Source of the DNA: Chara braunii
Lineage: Eukaryota; Plantae; Charophyceae
Direction: 5' to 3'
NCBI GenBank assembly: GCA_003427395.1
Contig: BFEA01000024.1
Span: 4,617,871-4,681,870, forward strand
Length of the DNA: 64,000 bases
Part shown: positions 26,130 to 36,990 of the stretch, in pieces
Numbering within the stretch: position 1 is the first letter of the stretch
Layout: each line of letters opens with the position of its first letter
Translations under genes and position numbers: made by a program
Notes under the pieces: model-generated
Seen by the model: the letters and a program-made list of their open reading frames with translations, nothing else
The model's database searches: none
Told to the model about the DNA's origin: nothing

Positions 26130-27500
26130 GCACTTGTTGGGCGGCAGGAGGCGCGTCAATCCATCGGCGTTGCCATGCTGCCGCGTGGCACGGTGGCGGA
26201 TGTCGAAGTCATAGTCCTGCAGACGCACCACCCACCTTCCTAGCGTCCCCGTGTAGTCCGTGTTGTTGCGTAGGGACAACAACGACTGATGATCCGTTAC
26301 CAGCACAATTTCTGGCCGTAAAGATACGGTCGGAAATGCTGAATCCCCCACACCACCGCCAGGCATTCGCTTTTGCACGCTTCGTAATTAGCCTACGCCT
26401 GGCTCAGCGTCTTGGACGCATACTCAATGACGTGTTCCCTTCCGTCTGCCCCGTGCTGAGTCAGCACCGCCGATATCGCCTGCGGCTGCCAGTCGGTGTA
26501 TAGTGCGAACGGTCCTGGTGGGGCGGGACGCACCAACACAGGAGCAGATGTCAGAGCCTCCTTCAACGCCTGAAACGCCGCTTCACATTCCGGCGTCCAG
26601 ATCAGCTGCTCCTCTTTCTTCTGCAGGTTCGTTAGGGGCTTCGCTATACTCGAACCCCTTGATGAAGCGTCGGTAATAGGATGCCAGCCCTAGAAAAGCC
26701 CGAACCTGGGTGAGTGTGACCGGCGCCGGGGATTCTTGAACTGCTGCCACCTTCCTCGGATCCGGTTTTAGTCCATCGACCGTGACGATGTACCCCAAGA
26801 ATGAGATCTCCGACAAGAAGAACTCGCTTTTCTCCAAGGCCACTTTGAACCCCGCATCTTTTAGTGCATGCAAAACCCACTCAATGTGTTCCACGTGGTA
26901 CTCGTGTGTTTTTGAAAAGACCAAAATATCATCCATGTACACAATCACGCAGAAATTGATCAGGGGCTGGGTTAGTCGGGTTTTGTTAACGAACTCAGCG
27001 AAGGCCATATTCATGGCCCGCTGAAACGTTGCAGGGGCGTTACAAATTCCCATGGGACACCGGACCCATTGCCACGTGCCCTCAAATAGGACAAAAGCGG
27101 TTTTGGGTCGGTCTTCCGGTCGGACTGCGACATGGTGAAAACCGCGTTGGATATCGAACTTGGAAAAGACTCGAGCAGACCCGATAGCATCTAATAAATC
27201 GTCGATTCGCGGCAAGGGATACACATCTTTGGTAGTCATAGCGTTCAATTAGTCGATACATACCCGGACCGAACCATTTCGCTTTGGCACGAGGACCACG
27301 GAAAAAGACCACGGTCCCAGCGATGGTTCGACCCACCTCAACCGCTCGAATTCCCATACCCTTTCCAACGCCAACTGTCTTTCTTTAAGGGAATATCGGT
27401 ACGGTCGGCAATGTATCGGGGCGTGATCCACGGTATCAATCGCATGCTGTATCAAAGGGGTTAGCCCTATGTCGTGGTCCTGAACACTGACGGCCTCAGG
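26130..27500 (-). pseudogene. Ty3/Gypsy reverse transcriptase and RNase H (frameshifted)
   Basis: VVLVPKRNGSVRVCID, YPLPRIDDLLD, PMGICNAPATFQRAM, YMDD; RNase H PFALYTDW...HVIEYASKTL...TDHQSL...HGNADGLTRL. Confidence 0.95.
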
Positions 27501-27991
27501 ATAGGCCCGTATAACCACAAGGAGGAGGTGTCTGTATTCATCCGAAACACGGGCTGGTAACTGAACTTCTACGGTTCCCCCAGGAAGGGAGACCGTCGTC
27601 GTAACCGTGGGGACCGCCGCACTGGCATCGGGCGAGGCCCCAAACAAAGAGTTGTCGGTTTTCGCCGAAAGGACAGTTACAATAAGTTGACTATCCGCCG
27701 GACTCATCGGCTCTCTTTCCATGTCACTATCACTGTCCAGTTCGGGTTCGGCCGAGGGTTCTACCGAAAGGCCTGCGTCAGTTCCCTCGGTCCCCACCGA
27801 TATTTCCTGATTCGGGGTTGAAACGACACCCCCTCTTTCAAGAGTATCGCAACTTTTTCATCCGTGAGTAGGGGCCGTGGGGGTCGAAAAGATAAATCGC
27901 ACAACCCCCTAAGCTCGGTAAATCTTTCAGGTAGGGGGTCCGTCCTGAGATATAAGGACGCAGGGGGTTCCGAAAGGTCAGCTATTCGGGA

Positions 27992-28870
27992 CACCATAGC
28001 CGGCCACCCCAACTCTTCTTCAACCTCCATCACCTACACCCATCCACCATAGCCGACCACTCCGACCCTTCTCTAACCTTCATCACCTACACCCATCCAC
28101 CATAGCCGGCCACCCCCAACCCTTCTTCCACCCCCATTACCTACACCCTTCCACCATAGACGGCCACCCCCAACCCTTCTCCCACCTCCATCACCTACAC
28201 TCATCCACCATAGTCGGCCACCCCCAACCCTTCTTCCACCATCACCTACACCCGTCCACCATAGTTGGTCATCCTAACCCTTCTTCAACCTCCATCACCT
28301 ACACCTGTCCACCATAGCCGGCCACCCCCAACCCTTCTTCCACCCCCATCACCTACACCCTTCCACCATAGCCGGCCACCCCCAACCCTTCTTCCACCTC
28401 CATCACCTACACTCATCCACCATAACCGGTCACCCCCAACCCTTATTCCACCTCCATCATCTACACCCGTCCACCATAGCCGACCACCTCCAACCCCTTT
28501 CTTCCTCCATCACCCACACCCGTCCTCCATAGCCGGTCACCCCGAACCCTTCTTCCACCGACATCACCTACACCCATCCACCATAGCCGACCACCCCCAA
28601 CCCTTCTTCCACCTCCATCACCTACACCCATCCACCATAACCAGTCACCCCCAACCCTTCTTCCGCCTCCATAACCTACGCCCGTCCACCATAGCCGGCC
28701 ATCCCAACTCTTCTTCAACCTCCATCACCTACACCCATCCACCATAGCCGACCACCTCGACCCTCCCTCAACCTCCATCACCTACACCCATCCACCATAG
28801 CCGACCACCCCAACCCTTCTTCCATCTCCATCACTTACACCCATCCCCCTGTAACCGACCACCCCAAACC
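27992..28870. repeat. ~60-bp tandem repeat array (~14 copies)
   Basis: Unit approximately CCACCATAGCCGGCCACCCCCAACCCTTCTTCCACCTCCATCACCTACACCCAT. Confidence 0.9.
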
Positions 28871-29037
28871 CTTCCTCGCCTATCACCTCCCTCATCCACT
28901 TGAGGGGCATAGGGGCCGCAAGGGGGAACGAGAAGTCTCGAGTAGGGCCGGTTAGGAAGGGGGCAAGGATCAAGGTCGATTAGGACGCGAGACCTGTTGA
29001 TCTCCATCCCTCTCCCTCTCCCTCTCCCCTACCCTTC

Positions 29038-29132
<95 letters not shown>

Positions 29133-29142
29133 NNNNNNNNNN

Positions 29143-29236
<94 letters not shown>

Positions 29237-30680
29237 CCCCCATTCCTTCAAACTCTTTTACCCTTACCTCTTCCCTCACTCCCTCCCCTCCATGGCATGT
29301 GACTAACCTCTACCCTCACCTGTTACATTGCCAGGGGACGAACGAAAAAGAACTTGGTCCTCACTTGATGGAAAGCGAGGGCAAGGGAGGGGCTGCCGGT
29401 CCCTTGTGCCACCAGAAAGGGAAGGGTACCAGGCTGTTGAAAACATCTGCGAAAAGCGGAAAGGAGTGCTGTCTTTTTGAACAAGGTCAGTTTGACTCAA
29501 CCATTCTCCCGGAATGCATGACTGAGGCGATCGCATGGCTTGCCTGTGTGAAAGGGAGGGGAACTCATAAGGAGAATTGAAAGGCAAAGGCAACTTAGGA
29601 TTGCGGGAAGGGGCGATGTGTTGACCCCAATGGGGATTGTACTGGTCATTTGTCTTGTGTGGTCTTGCGCAGGTGAGTAGCTAGGGACGATTTGGACGGG
29701 GCTGGACCCGCGGATGAGGACTAGGGTGGGAGATTGGCTAAGGAAGGACTTGGATCCGGCTTAAGCCATGGATGCGGGATGAGTTGAGGCCGGGCGCTTG
29801 GGTGGATGGTTGATGCATGGACTTGGTTTGTGTGGAGGTTGCATGGAATGTCTCTCTCTTGTGCAATGCGACCCCTGAAAAGACTAAGGGCGGTCTTGGA
29901 TAGGTGATGCGATGCTAGTGGCTCTCGCAAAAAAAAATTGATAGCGGCTAGGGGTCCGGGCGACGCCGCCTTACCCCAAGGATGCCGCCGGGGCTGCCTA
30001 GAGCCGCTAGGCTTAGTGAAAAGGTGCGTGGCCCAATGGATGACGCTTGGCCTGCGCACGATAAGAAGATGAGACTTCAATGAACCCCCTGGACTGCCTA
30101 CGTATTGGAAGGAGCAATTGCCTAGTCAGATCTAACTGAATCGAGAAAACGCCACGAGTGCCCAAAGAGCTAACATCTTGATGCGAGAGCGGAGCTACAT
30201 AGCCACTTCCCTCCGATCCGGTTTCTTCTGATTCGTGATAGTCTGGTGTCGGGACCGGTGGGTCCCGAATAACATCCCGCCACTCGAGAGCCTGTACATA
30301 GCCAAATTGTGCATGACAAAGAAATCTGGAGTAAGGAGGCAAGAGAGAGAAAAGACAAAGGACTAGGCCGCCAGAAGGAAAGATGCCCTAGGTTGAGAAC
30401 CGCAGGGGGAAAGAACCACGACGACAAGCACGTAAGCGAGAGGACATGGGTACATAGGAACGTACATAAGGCCAAGAGGGCCATTGAGATTCAGCATGAC
30501 AAAGGCCAAGGGGCCATTAACCTTGCAAACACGGCACGACAACGATAAAAGAATGGGGGAGTCGAGAGGTGGACGGCCCTGGTGGCCGTGGGACGCTAGA
30601 AAATAAGGGCCCAACATGGGGGCCGCCTACGACAATTAACGACAACTTCGGATTGGAGGCCCCGCGACCGGGGAAACCGG

Positions 30681-32142
30681 TGTCCGCTTGCGCGGCCCCG
30701 CAGCGCCTACTGGTTTCCCGGGCACCCCCTCCGGTTTACCGTGCCCACCTCTCCTTTCAGCACCAGCGGTCTAAGAAGTACGGACCTTGTCGCCAAGTTG
30801 GCACGATGCAAAGCCCGGATTAGAAGTGTGGGCGGCCCAGTAGCAGTCTCGGGGTGGAACCGTGAAAGATAGCCAGCCCGCGTCGATGCAAGTCCAGAAT
30901 CACGGTGTGAGTGAGCGCAGGGCTGGTCAGGTACCCGAGGCTGAGGAGCGAGCTCAACACTGCTGTGGAAAACGGGCCGCCGCGCCCATAGACCGGACTC
31001 CTCGGGGTTTGGGCTTGACAGGGCTCGGAAGCATGCTCGACACAACAGACCCGAGCCTTTGAAGTTTGGAACATACAAGCTCAGAAACGAACGAACTGAC
31101 GCCTGCCACAAATTGGTTTCAGCGAGCTTCGAAGAGCGCGTGTACGCAGGCTCGAAATCGAGTTCGACTCACAAAGGTTCCTGAGAAGAAGCTGCCACTT
31201 TCAATTATTTATAGTCTAGAACAGACTTGAACAGGTTCAAAAACGAGTTTGACTCCACAGAGCTTCAGAAAACGAAATGCCACCTCCGACTCTTTAAGAC
31301 TTTTGGAACAGACTTGAACAGGTTCAGGCACGAGTTTGACACGACAGGGCTTCGGAAAATGAGATGCCACCTCTGACTCTTTAAAATTTTGGAACAAACT
31401 TGAATGGATTCAGGCACGAGTTTGATGCGACGGGGCTTCAGAAAACGAAATGCCACCTCTGTCTTCCGAGGTTTTGGACAGACTAGGACAGGCTCAAAAA
31501 GGACCTCGACATATTAACTGCCACCTCTGACCCTTTGAGATTATGGGACAAACTTGAACGAGTTTGACACGACAAAGCTTCAGAAAGACGAAATGCCACC
31601 TCTGACTTTCTTTAAAAAATTTGGGATAGACTTGAACAGGTTCAGGCACGAGTTTGACACGATGGGGCTTCGAAAAACGAGATGCCACCTCTGACTCTTT
31701 AAAATTTTGGAACAGACTTGAACGGGTTCAGGCACGAGTTTGACGCGACGGGGCTTAAGAAGACGAAATGCCACCTCTGTCTTCCGAGGTTTTGGACAGA
31801 CTAGGACAGGCTCAAAAAGGACCTCGACATATTAACTGCCACCTCTGACTCTTTGAGATTATGGGACAGACTTGAACGAGTTTGACACGACAGAGCTTCG
31901 GAAAAACGAAATGCCACCTCTGACTTCCGAGGTTTTGGACAGACTAGAACAGGCTAAAAAATGACCTTGACATATTTAAGCTGCAGAAAGCGAAATGCCA
32001 CCTTCGACTCTTTAAAAGCTTGGAACACACTTGAACAGGTTCAGAAAAGAGCTCGGCATATTAAAGCCGCAGAGAACAAAATGGGACCTTCAACTCTTTA
32101 AAAGCTTGGATCTGTCTGGTCAGAGAGCTTCGAAGCGCGAGA
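30681..32142 (-). repeat. Distal part of the 3' LTR (direct repeat of 60881-62023), with internal tandem subrepeats
   Basis: Identity starts exactly at TGTCCGCTTGCG (30681 and 60881) and ends at GAAGCGCGAGA. This copy is ~320 bp longer because of extra subrepeat units. Confidence 0.92.
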
Positions 32143-32143
32143 A

Positions 32144-32668
32144 GAGGTTGAGGGCCGAGGGGTTGAGAGGAGTCTCGAAGTAACTGCAGTTATCTTTGTA
32201 GCACCGGGAGCTTGGACAAAAGTCGTAGTACCCCTGGTCCAAGGACAAGGGGGTGGGCTGGATAGGCTGCTACGAGAGGCAAGAAAAATGCGAAGAGAGT
32301 GGATAGCTGAGGTTCGAAAACGATTTAGGTTTGTGGCTGTAGGAAAGGAGAGGTTCGCGGGGGAGAAAGAACTTCCAAAGGCGTGTTATCCGTTGACTGT
32401 GAGGGTGTTGTCTTTCATATTCCTAGGAACCAACGAAGGGAAAATAGTGAGGCTTCTAGAGAGGGGAAGGAGTTTGGGATTACCCTTTAGGGCCCTGTGG
32501 ACGCTGTATACGCATTGCATCGATCAGGGTATCCCTCCTCGTGGGAAGCTTTGGGGTATTTTTAGGAGATTGGGGTCCCTAGAGAAACCCTTCACTCTTT
32601 CATCAGAAAGATATCGCCAGTGGGTTTTTAAAACGGCGTCGGTAAATGGTGAGGTTCATACTCAGTGA
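32144..32668 (+). CDS. Accessory ORF (family B), C-terminal part; N-terminus displaced to 57849-57787 by the inversion
   Basis: The frame is open back to the breakpoint. LEVTAVIFVAPGAWTKVVVPLVQGQ resembles LEIRATIFLSEDAWTEVWRGLVTGQ, and LYTHCIDQGIPP resembles LYTRCVDAGVPP of the next ORF. Confidence 0.65.
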   Translation, partial: EVEGRGVERSLEVTAVIFVAPGAWTKVVVPLVQGQGGGLDRLLREARKMRREWIAEVRKRFRFVAVGKERFAGEKELPKACYPLTVRVLSFIFLGTNEGKIVRLLERGRSLGLPFRALWTLYTHCIDQGIPPRGKLWGIFRRLGSLEKPFTLSSERYRQWVFKTASVNGEVHTQ

Positions 32669-33245
32669 GAACGGGGCGGTAGAGTCGATAGAGGTCAGTG
32701 ACAAGGGGAAAGTTTTGGTTCCAGGGGACCCTCGTGTGACGCCCTACTGGATGNGCGTTGAGAAAGGCGAGGTCATCCGAGGAGGTGCATACGTGTGGGT
32801 TAGAGCTCGTCGGCTTACCTGGAAGGAAGGAGTGCGGAGAGGAGGCCCCCCTGACCTCGGTCGGTTCCTAGAGATTCGGGCTACGATTTTTCTCAGCGAG
32901 GACGCGTGGACCGAGGTGTGGAGGGGTTTAGTGACTGGGCAAGTGACCCATACGGAGTACCGAGAGTCCGCGAGGCTGGTAGCAAATAACCTGGTGCTGG
33001 CCGATTACGAGGAAGGGACTTTCGAGTCACGGACTCTAGTGTCCTTCGCAGAGCCTGGTGAGGTCCCTCGTGCGTCTGGGGTCCTTCATGCGAACTTACC
33101 CCAATTCTTGACCAACCCATTCTTAAGAGACACGGAGGAAATAGTAGTAATAATACTTAGAGCGGCTCGGGAGTCCAGGGTGCGGGCTAGGGGTTTGTTC
33201 TGGCTCTATACGCGGTGCGTGGACGCGGGGGTTCCCCCGGGCTAG
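32646..33245 (+). CDS. Accessory ORF (family B), unknown function; probably continues by frameshift into the 33215-33415 frame
   Basis: 199 aa. The ATG overlaps the end of the previous ORF. Motifs IFLS.DA and EVPRA are shared with ORFs 57836-58597 and 34704-35276. Confidence 0.65.
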   Translation: MVRFILSENGAVESIEVSDKGKVLVPGDPRVTPYWMXVEKGEVIRGGAYVWVRARRLTWKEGVRRGGPPDLGRFLEIRATIFLSEDAWTEVWRGLVTGQVTHTEYRESARLVANNLVLADYEEGTFESRTLVSFAEPGEVPRASGVLHANLPQFLTNPFLRDTEEIVVIILRAARESRVRARGLFWLYTRCVDAGVPPG

Positions 33246-33312
33246 GAGAGTTGTCTGCCATATTCAGGAGGTTGAGAGAATTTGAGGGGGTCAAACGTCG
33301 TGGACGTCCCGT

Positions 33313-33741
33313 ATGCTCGCCTCTTCGGGGAAGAGCAGGAGACGAACCGGCGTGGGTACGAAGCCCGATGATAAGAGGGGTTCCGGGGACTCTCTGGCGT
33401 CAGTGGAGCCTATAGTAGATACTGGGGAAGTTGTCCTTGTCACTCTACCGAGAGTCAGGTTGAAAGGGCCACCGAGGACCCTCCAGAGAGAAGAAGGGAA
33501 AATCCGACGCGGGAAGGCTTTCGTGCGATTAGCAATGAGTTGCGAGGGGAGAGTAGTGATTGGTGAAGCCCAAATTTTCCTTTCGAAGGAAGGCCTGATA
33601 GAAATAGCAAGGAGCTTGAGGACTGGAAAAGACCCTCTCTGGGACACGCGAGCCGTAAGGAATCGCCTGGAAGAGCTCGTAAAAGAGGTGAAGCCTCGCG
33701 AAGGGTGCCAAGAAAAATATAGAGTGACCTACGGGGGTTAG
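33313..33741 (+). CDS. Accessory ORF (family B-related), unknown function
   Basis: AQIFLSKEG...GKDPL...RVTYGG parallels VEIFLSPDD...GKDPL...RVEYRG in 34704-35276. Confidence 0.55.
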   Translation: MLASSGKSRRRTGVGTKPDDKRGSGDSLASVEPIVDTGEVVLVTLPRVRLKGPPRTLQREEGKIRRGKAFVRLAMSCEGRVVIGEAQIFLSKEGLIEIARSLRTGKDPLWDTRAVRNRLEELVKEVKPREGCQEKYRVTYGG

Positions 33742-34703
33742 GAGGAGATACCTCAGTTCGCCACCAATGAGCCGGTGGGAGTTCCCCGTTTCATCTTTGA
33801 ACGGATCTACCTCTCAGGGTCAAGAGGGCGGTGGGAAGAAGGATTTTCATCCTGAGCCAGTTCCGGTTTACGAGGTCGGACCTCCATTCCTTGCTAACGT
33901 GGTGTTTCCGGGATTCCTATCGAGACGATTGGTCGACTCTAGAGGACTTGGGTTACACCTTTGAAGGGTGGGGTCGACACGCAAGGGAATCTAGGATATC
34001 GTGGAGATACTTGGGTAAGATCTGCGAAGGGGAGTTAGAAAGATTGAACCCCTCGGATCTCATTCGGATCGCGATTGCTTGTCGCCGACGGAAACTAGGG
34101 GATGAGCGAGCCTCACCTTGGCGAACTTGTGGGGTTGGAGAGGGTGAGAGAAGAAGTTCTCCGGATCCTTACTCTATGTTAGGAGGAAGAAAGGAGAGCA
34201 AGGCATAGGTCCCTAGCTAGGATCAAGCTACTGGAGACAACTGCGATCACAATCCTAGACGAGTTAACGATAGATCTTCTCACTCGGCGAGGGGAGAGGG
34301 TATGAGAGCTACGTTCGTCTCCAATAGGATTTGTTGGGAATTGGAGCCTTGCGAAGACGACAACAAGATTCGGGTCAAAGGAGGTCCGCCGGCTGGCCTT
34401 ACGGGAAAAGAAGGATTTGGACCACACTGGCTTTTCGGTTTACATTAGAGACGCAAGTGGGGTGAGGTCCTCAAGGACTTAGAGAGAACCGTTGCTGGAA
34501 GTGGAGAGAAGGTTTGAGGAAGACTCTAGGTATCTAGGAATCCCGCTCGCATCTAGGATACATCTTGTAGAGACCCGATTTTGGGATAGGACGGGAGAGT
34601 ACGAAGGGGCCTTGCGCCAGACGCTGCGCGAGGAAGGAGAGATCGATCGCGCTATGTGTGAGGACTCGCTGGTAGAGGCCGCCGCGAGGTTGGCCGGCGT
34701 GAG

Positions 34704-35276
34704 GTGAGGCCCCCAATGATTAGATACGATAGGGGGAACCCAGTGGGTACGTTAGAGAGGGCTTGGAAATCGGGAGAGAGGTATGGAGTAACCCTCCCCA
34801 TGATTAGAGGGGAAGGAGTGGTGTCTACAAAGTTCTTCAAGATCTACGGGCAAGAGACGGTGGTGCGGTTCTCGGTGGTCTCCAAAGGAGGAAGCCGCAC
34901 TAGGAAGGTTGAGATCTTTCTGTCTCCCGACGACCGACGATTCTTCGCAACCGAGTTAGCGGAGGGGAAAGACCCCCTAGGCATTGCCCGAAAGGCCCTA
35001 GACGGACTGCGGAGATTGAGAGGGGGCGGCACCGAGGGACGCGTGGTTGATCGAGTGGAATACCGAGGTAGGTCAGAAGTTCCAAGGGCGGCTCACGGGA
35101 GGACTTGGGAGATCCCAACCTGGGCCTACCGTCTACTCTACGCCGATGACGCAGCCGTGAGGAGGTTCCGAAATAGGGGACAGGTGATAGAGAAATTTCC
35201 GTTAGGTGAAGAAGGGGGGCACGGACTGTTCACCCAGTGTTGGGAATCGCAAGAAGACACAGACCTCGAGTGGTAG
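34704..35276 (+). CDS. Accessory ORF (family B-related), unknown function
   Basis: 190 aa. The start overlaps the stop of ORF 34492-34707 (GTGA). Contains IFLS, GKDPL and EVPRA motifs. Confidence 0.55.
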   Translation: MRPPMIRYDRGNPVGTLERAWKSGERYGVTLPMIRGEGVVSTKFFKIYGQETVVRFSVVSKGGSRTRKVEIFLSPDDRRFFATELAEGKDPLGIARKALDGLRRLRGGGTEGRVVDRVEYRGRSEVPRAAHGRTWEIPTWAYRLLYADDAAVRRFRNRGQVIEKFPLGEEGGHGLFTQCWESQEDTDLEW

Positions 35277-35585
35277 GCGCTCGTGGAAGAATTCATCAAA
35301 CCCCTGTTTCAGGGGCAACCTGGAGAGGTGGATTGGGCCCTGATCACGCGGTGCTCTCAAGAGGGGGTAAGGGGGGGTTCCGATCTAGAAATCGCCAACT
35401 TAGCCTTAGCAGCCCGTGAAGAAAAGTGAGTAAGGGACTCTTGGTGGACTGTGACTAGCGAGGAGTCAGAAGAAGATAGTGCGATCCAGGAATCAAGTGA
35501 GGGGGAGGGAGACTCAGGGGAAGAAGATGGTTCGGAAGGGAGTGACGATAGTGAGCGGAGCGACTAGAGGATAACGATAGGGTGC

Positions 35586-36990
35586 ATGGAGAGTGAGGTG
35601 GACGTCGGACTCTCTCGTCCACCAGAAACGACTGTGAGAAGGAGTGTCGAGAAGAGCCCCGAGTTAGGAGCTAGGCTAAGTAGGGTGACGAAAGAAATGA
35701 CCGAGGGTATAGAGTCGATAAGCAGGGCTGAGAGGGGCCCAGAAACGGCTTCAGGAGAAAGGCAAGCCTTGGAGGGACAAAGAGGTGGCGCGGGAGTGCG
35801 AGTACATAGGGAGGTGGAGCCGCGAGCGCCGGTGAGAGAAGGGGCATCCGAAGCCCCAAGGCACCTTCCCGTAGAGTCCCGATGGGCGGATCTAGTGGAC
35901 GCCGAAGCGAGGGTAGGAGAAGCTCCATAATTTTCGAGAGATAGGCCAGGGCATCTACCGCCTAAGAGAGAAGAAGAAGGGGGTCCGGATAGATGGGACA
36001 TAAGAAATAAGAGGTCGCCGGAAGCTGGCGGTAGGCCACGAAGGTGGGCTGAAAGGAGCCTCGAGACCGCCTCAGGAGAAAGGCAAGCCTTGGCGGGACA
36101 AAGAGTTAGCGCGGACGTGCGAGTACATAGGGAGGTAGAGCCGCGGGTGCCAGTGAGAGAAGGAACGACCGAAGCCTTGAGGGACCTTCCGGTGGAGTCT
36201 CGATGGGCGGATCTAGTGGAAGCAGAAGCGAGGATGGGAGAAGCACAAGAGTTTTCGAGAGGTAGGGTAGGGTGTCGACCACGTAGGAGGGAAGAAGAAG
36301 GGGGTCCGAATAGAAGGGACCTGAGAGAAGAGAGGTCGGCGGAAGCTGGCGGTAGGCCATGGAGGTGGGCCGAGAGGGAGTCGGATGTTGCATGGGCGCC
36401 CGGAGAGGTGATGGGGAGAAGTCCGGGGGTGGACGCCTGGAGAGGATTTAGGGGACAGGATCCCGCACGGTGGGAGACAGAGTGGCCGAATGAGAGAAGT
36501 CGCTATGGGGAAGAACCATGGGGACCCCCTAGACCCCGACCGCGGGTCGAGGAGCCGGATCCCTCTTGGTACAAGCCGTACGATCCGGTGATTGACGGGC
36601 CTATGGAGGGACCCTATTTCCGCCGTTACGACGACCGACGAGTTCCTTACTACGATGTCAACCTAGGCCTAGAGGCACTTTTCTTCGACGGACGTGATGT
36701 GACGGGATTCGTCAAGAAATGGGAGAGTTATGCTTACCGAAAGAGATTCTCCGAGAAAGAGTGGATAGATCACTTCATCCAGCACTCTGACCCGGAGTTA
36801 GACCCTGCAATCAGGGCTATCTACCCAACAGATGGGCGGTGGAGGACGTTCAAAAGCAGTTTATTACGGACTTTCGTGTGTGATGATTTGATCCCCACCG
36901 TAGAGGGCTTGCATCGTGTCACGAGGGGGGAACGAGAGAGCTTGGTGGCCTTCACCTGGAGGCTCAAGCGCTTGTCCCAAGCCCTAGTGG
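35586..36990 (+). pseudogene. gag, 5' part (in-frame 321-bp tandem duplication, premature stops)
   Basis: FFDGRDVTGFVKKWESY...GRWRTFKSSLLRTF capsid-like region. The HREVEPR...LPVESRWADLV block is repeated at 321-bp spacing. Interrupted at 36991. Confidence 0.75.

Larger units (their letters stand above)
20945..27990 (-). mobile_element. 5'-truncated, degenerate Ty3/Gypsy LTR retrotransposon (RT-RNase H-PHD-integrase, extra ORF, putative 3' LTR)
   Basis: Gypsy domain order on the minus strand with frameshifts. No gag or 5' LTR is seen, because the coding sequence runs into the 60-bp tandem array at ~27992. Confidence 0.9.

Noticed and set aside
28265-28747. Extensin-like Pro/His-rich protein
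   Set aside because: Translation of a ~60-bp tandem array with frame-breaking unit lengths, a non-ATG start and no signal peptide.
29240-30680. Coding-looking fragments left of the giant element
   Set aside because: Multiple stops in all frames and no recognisable motif; left unclassified.
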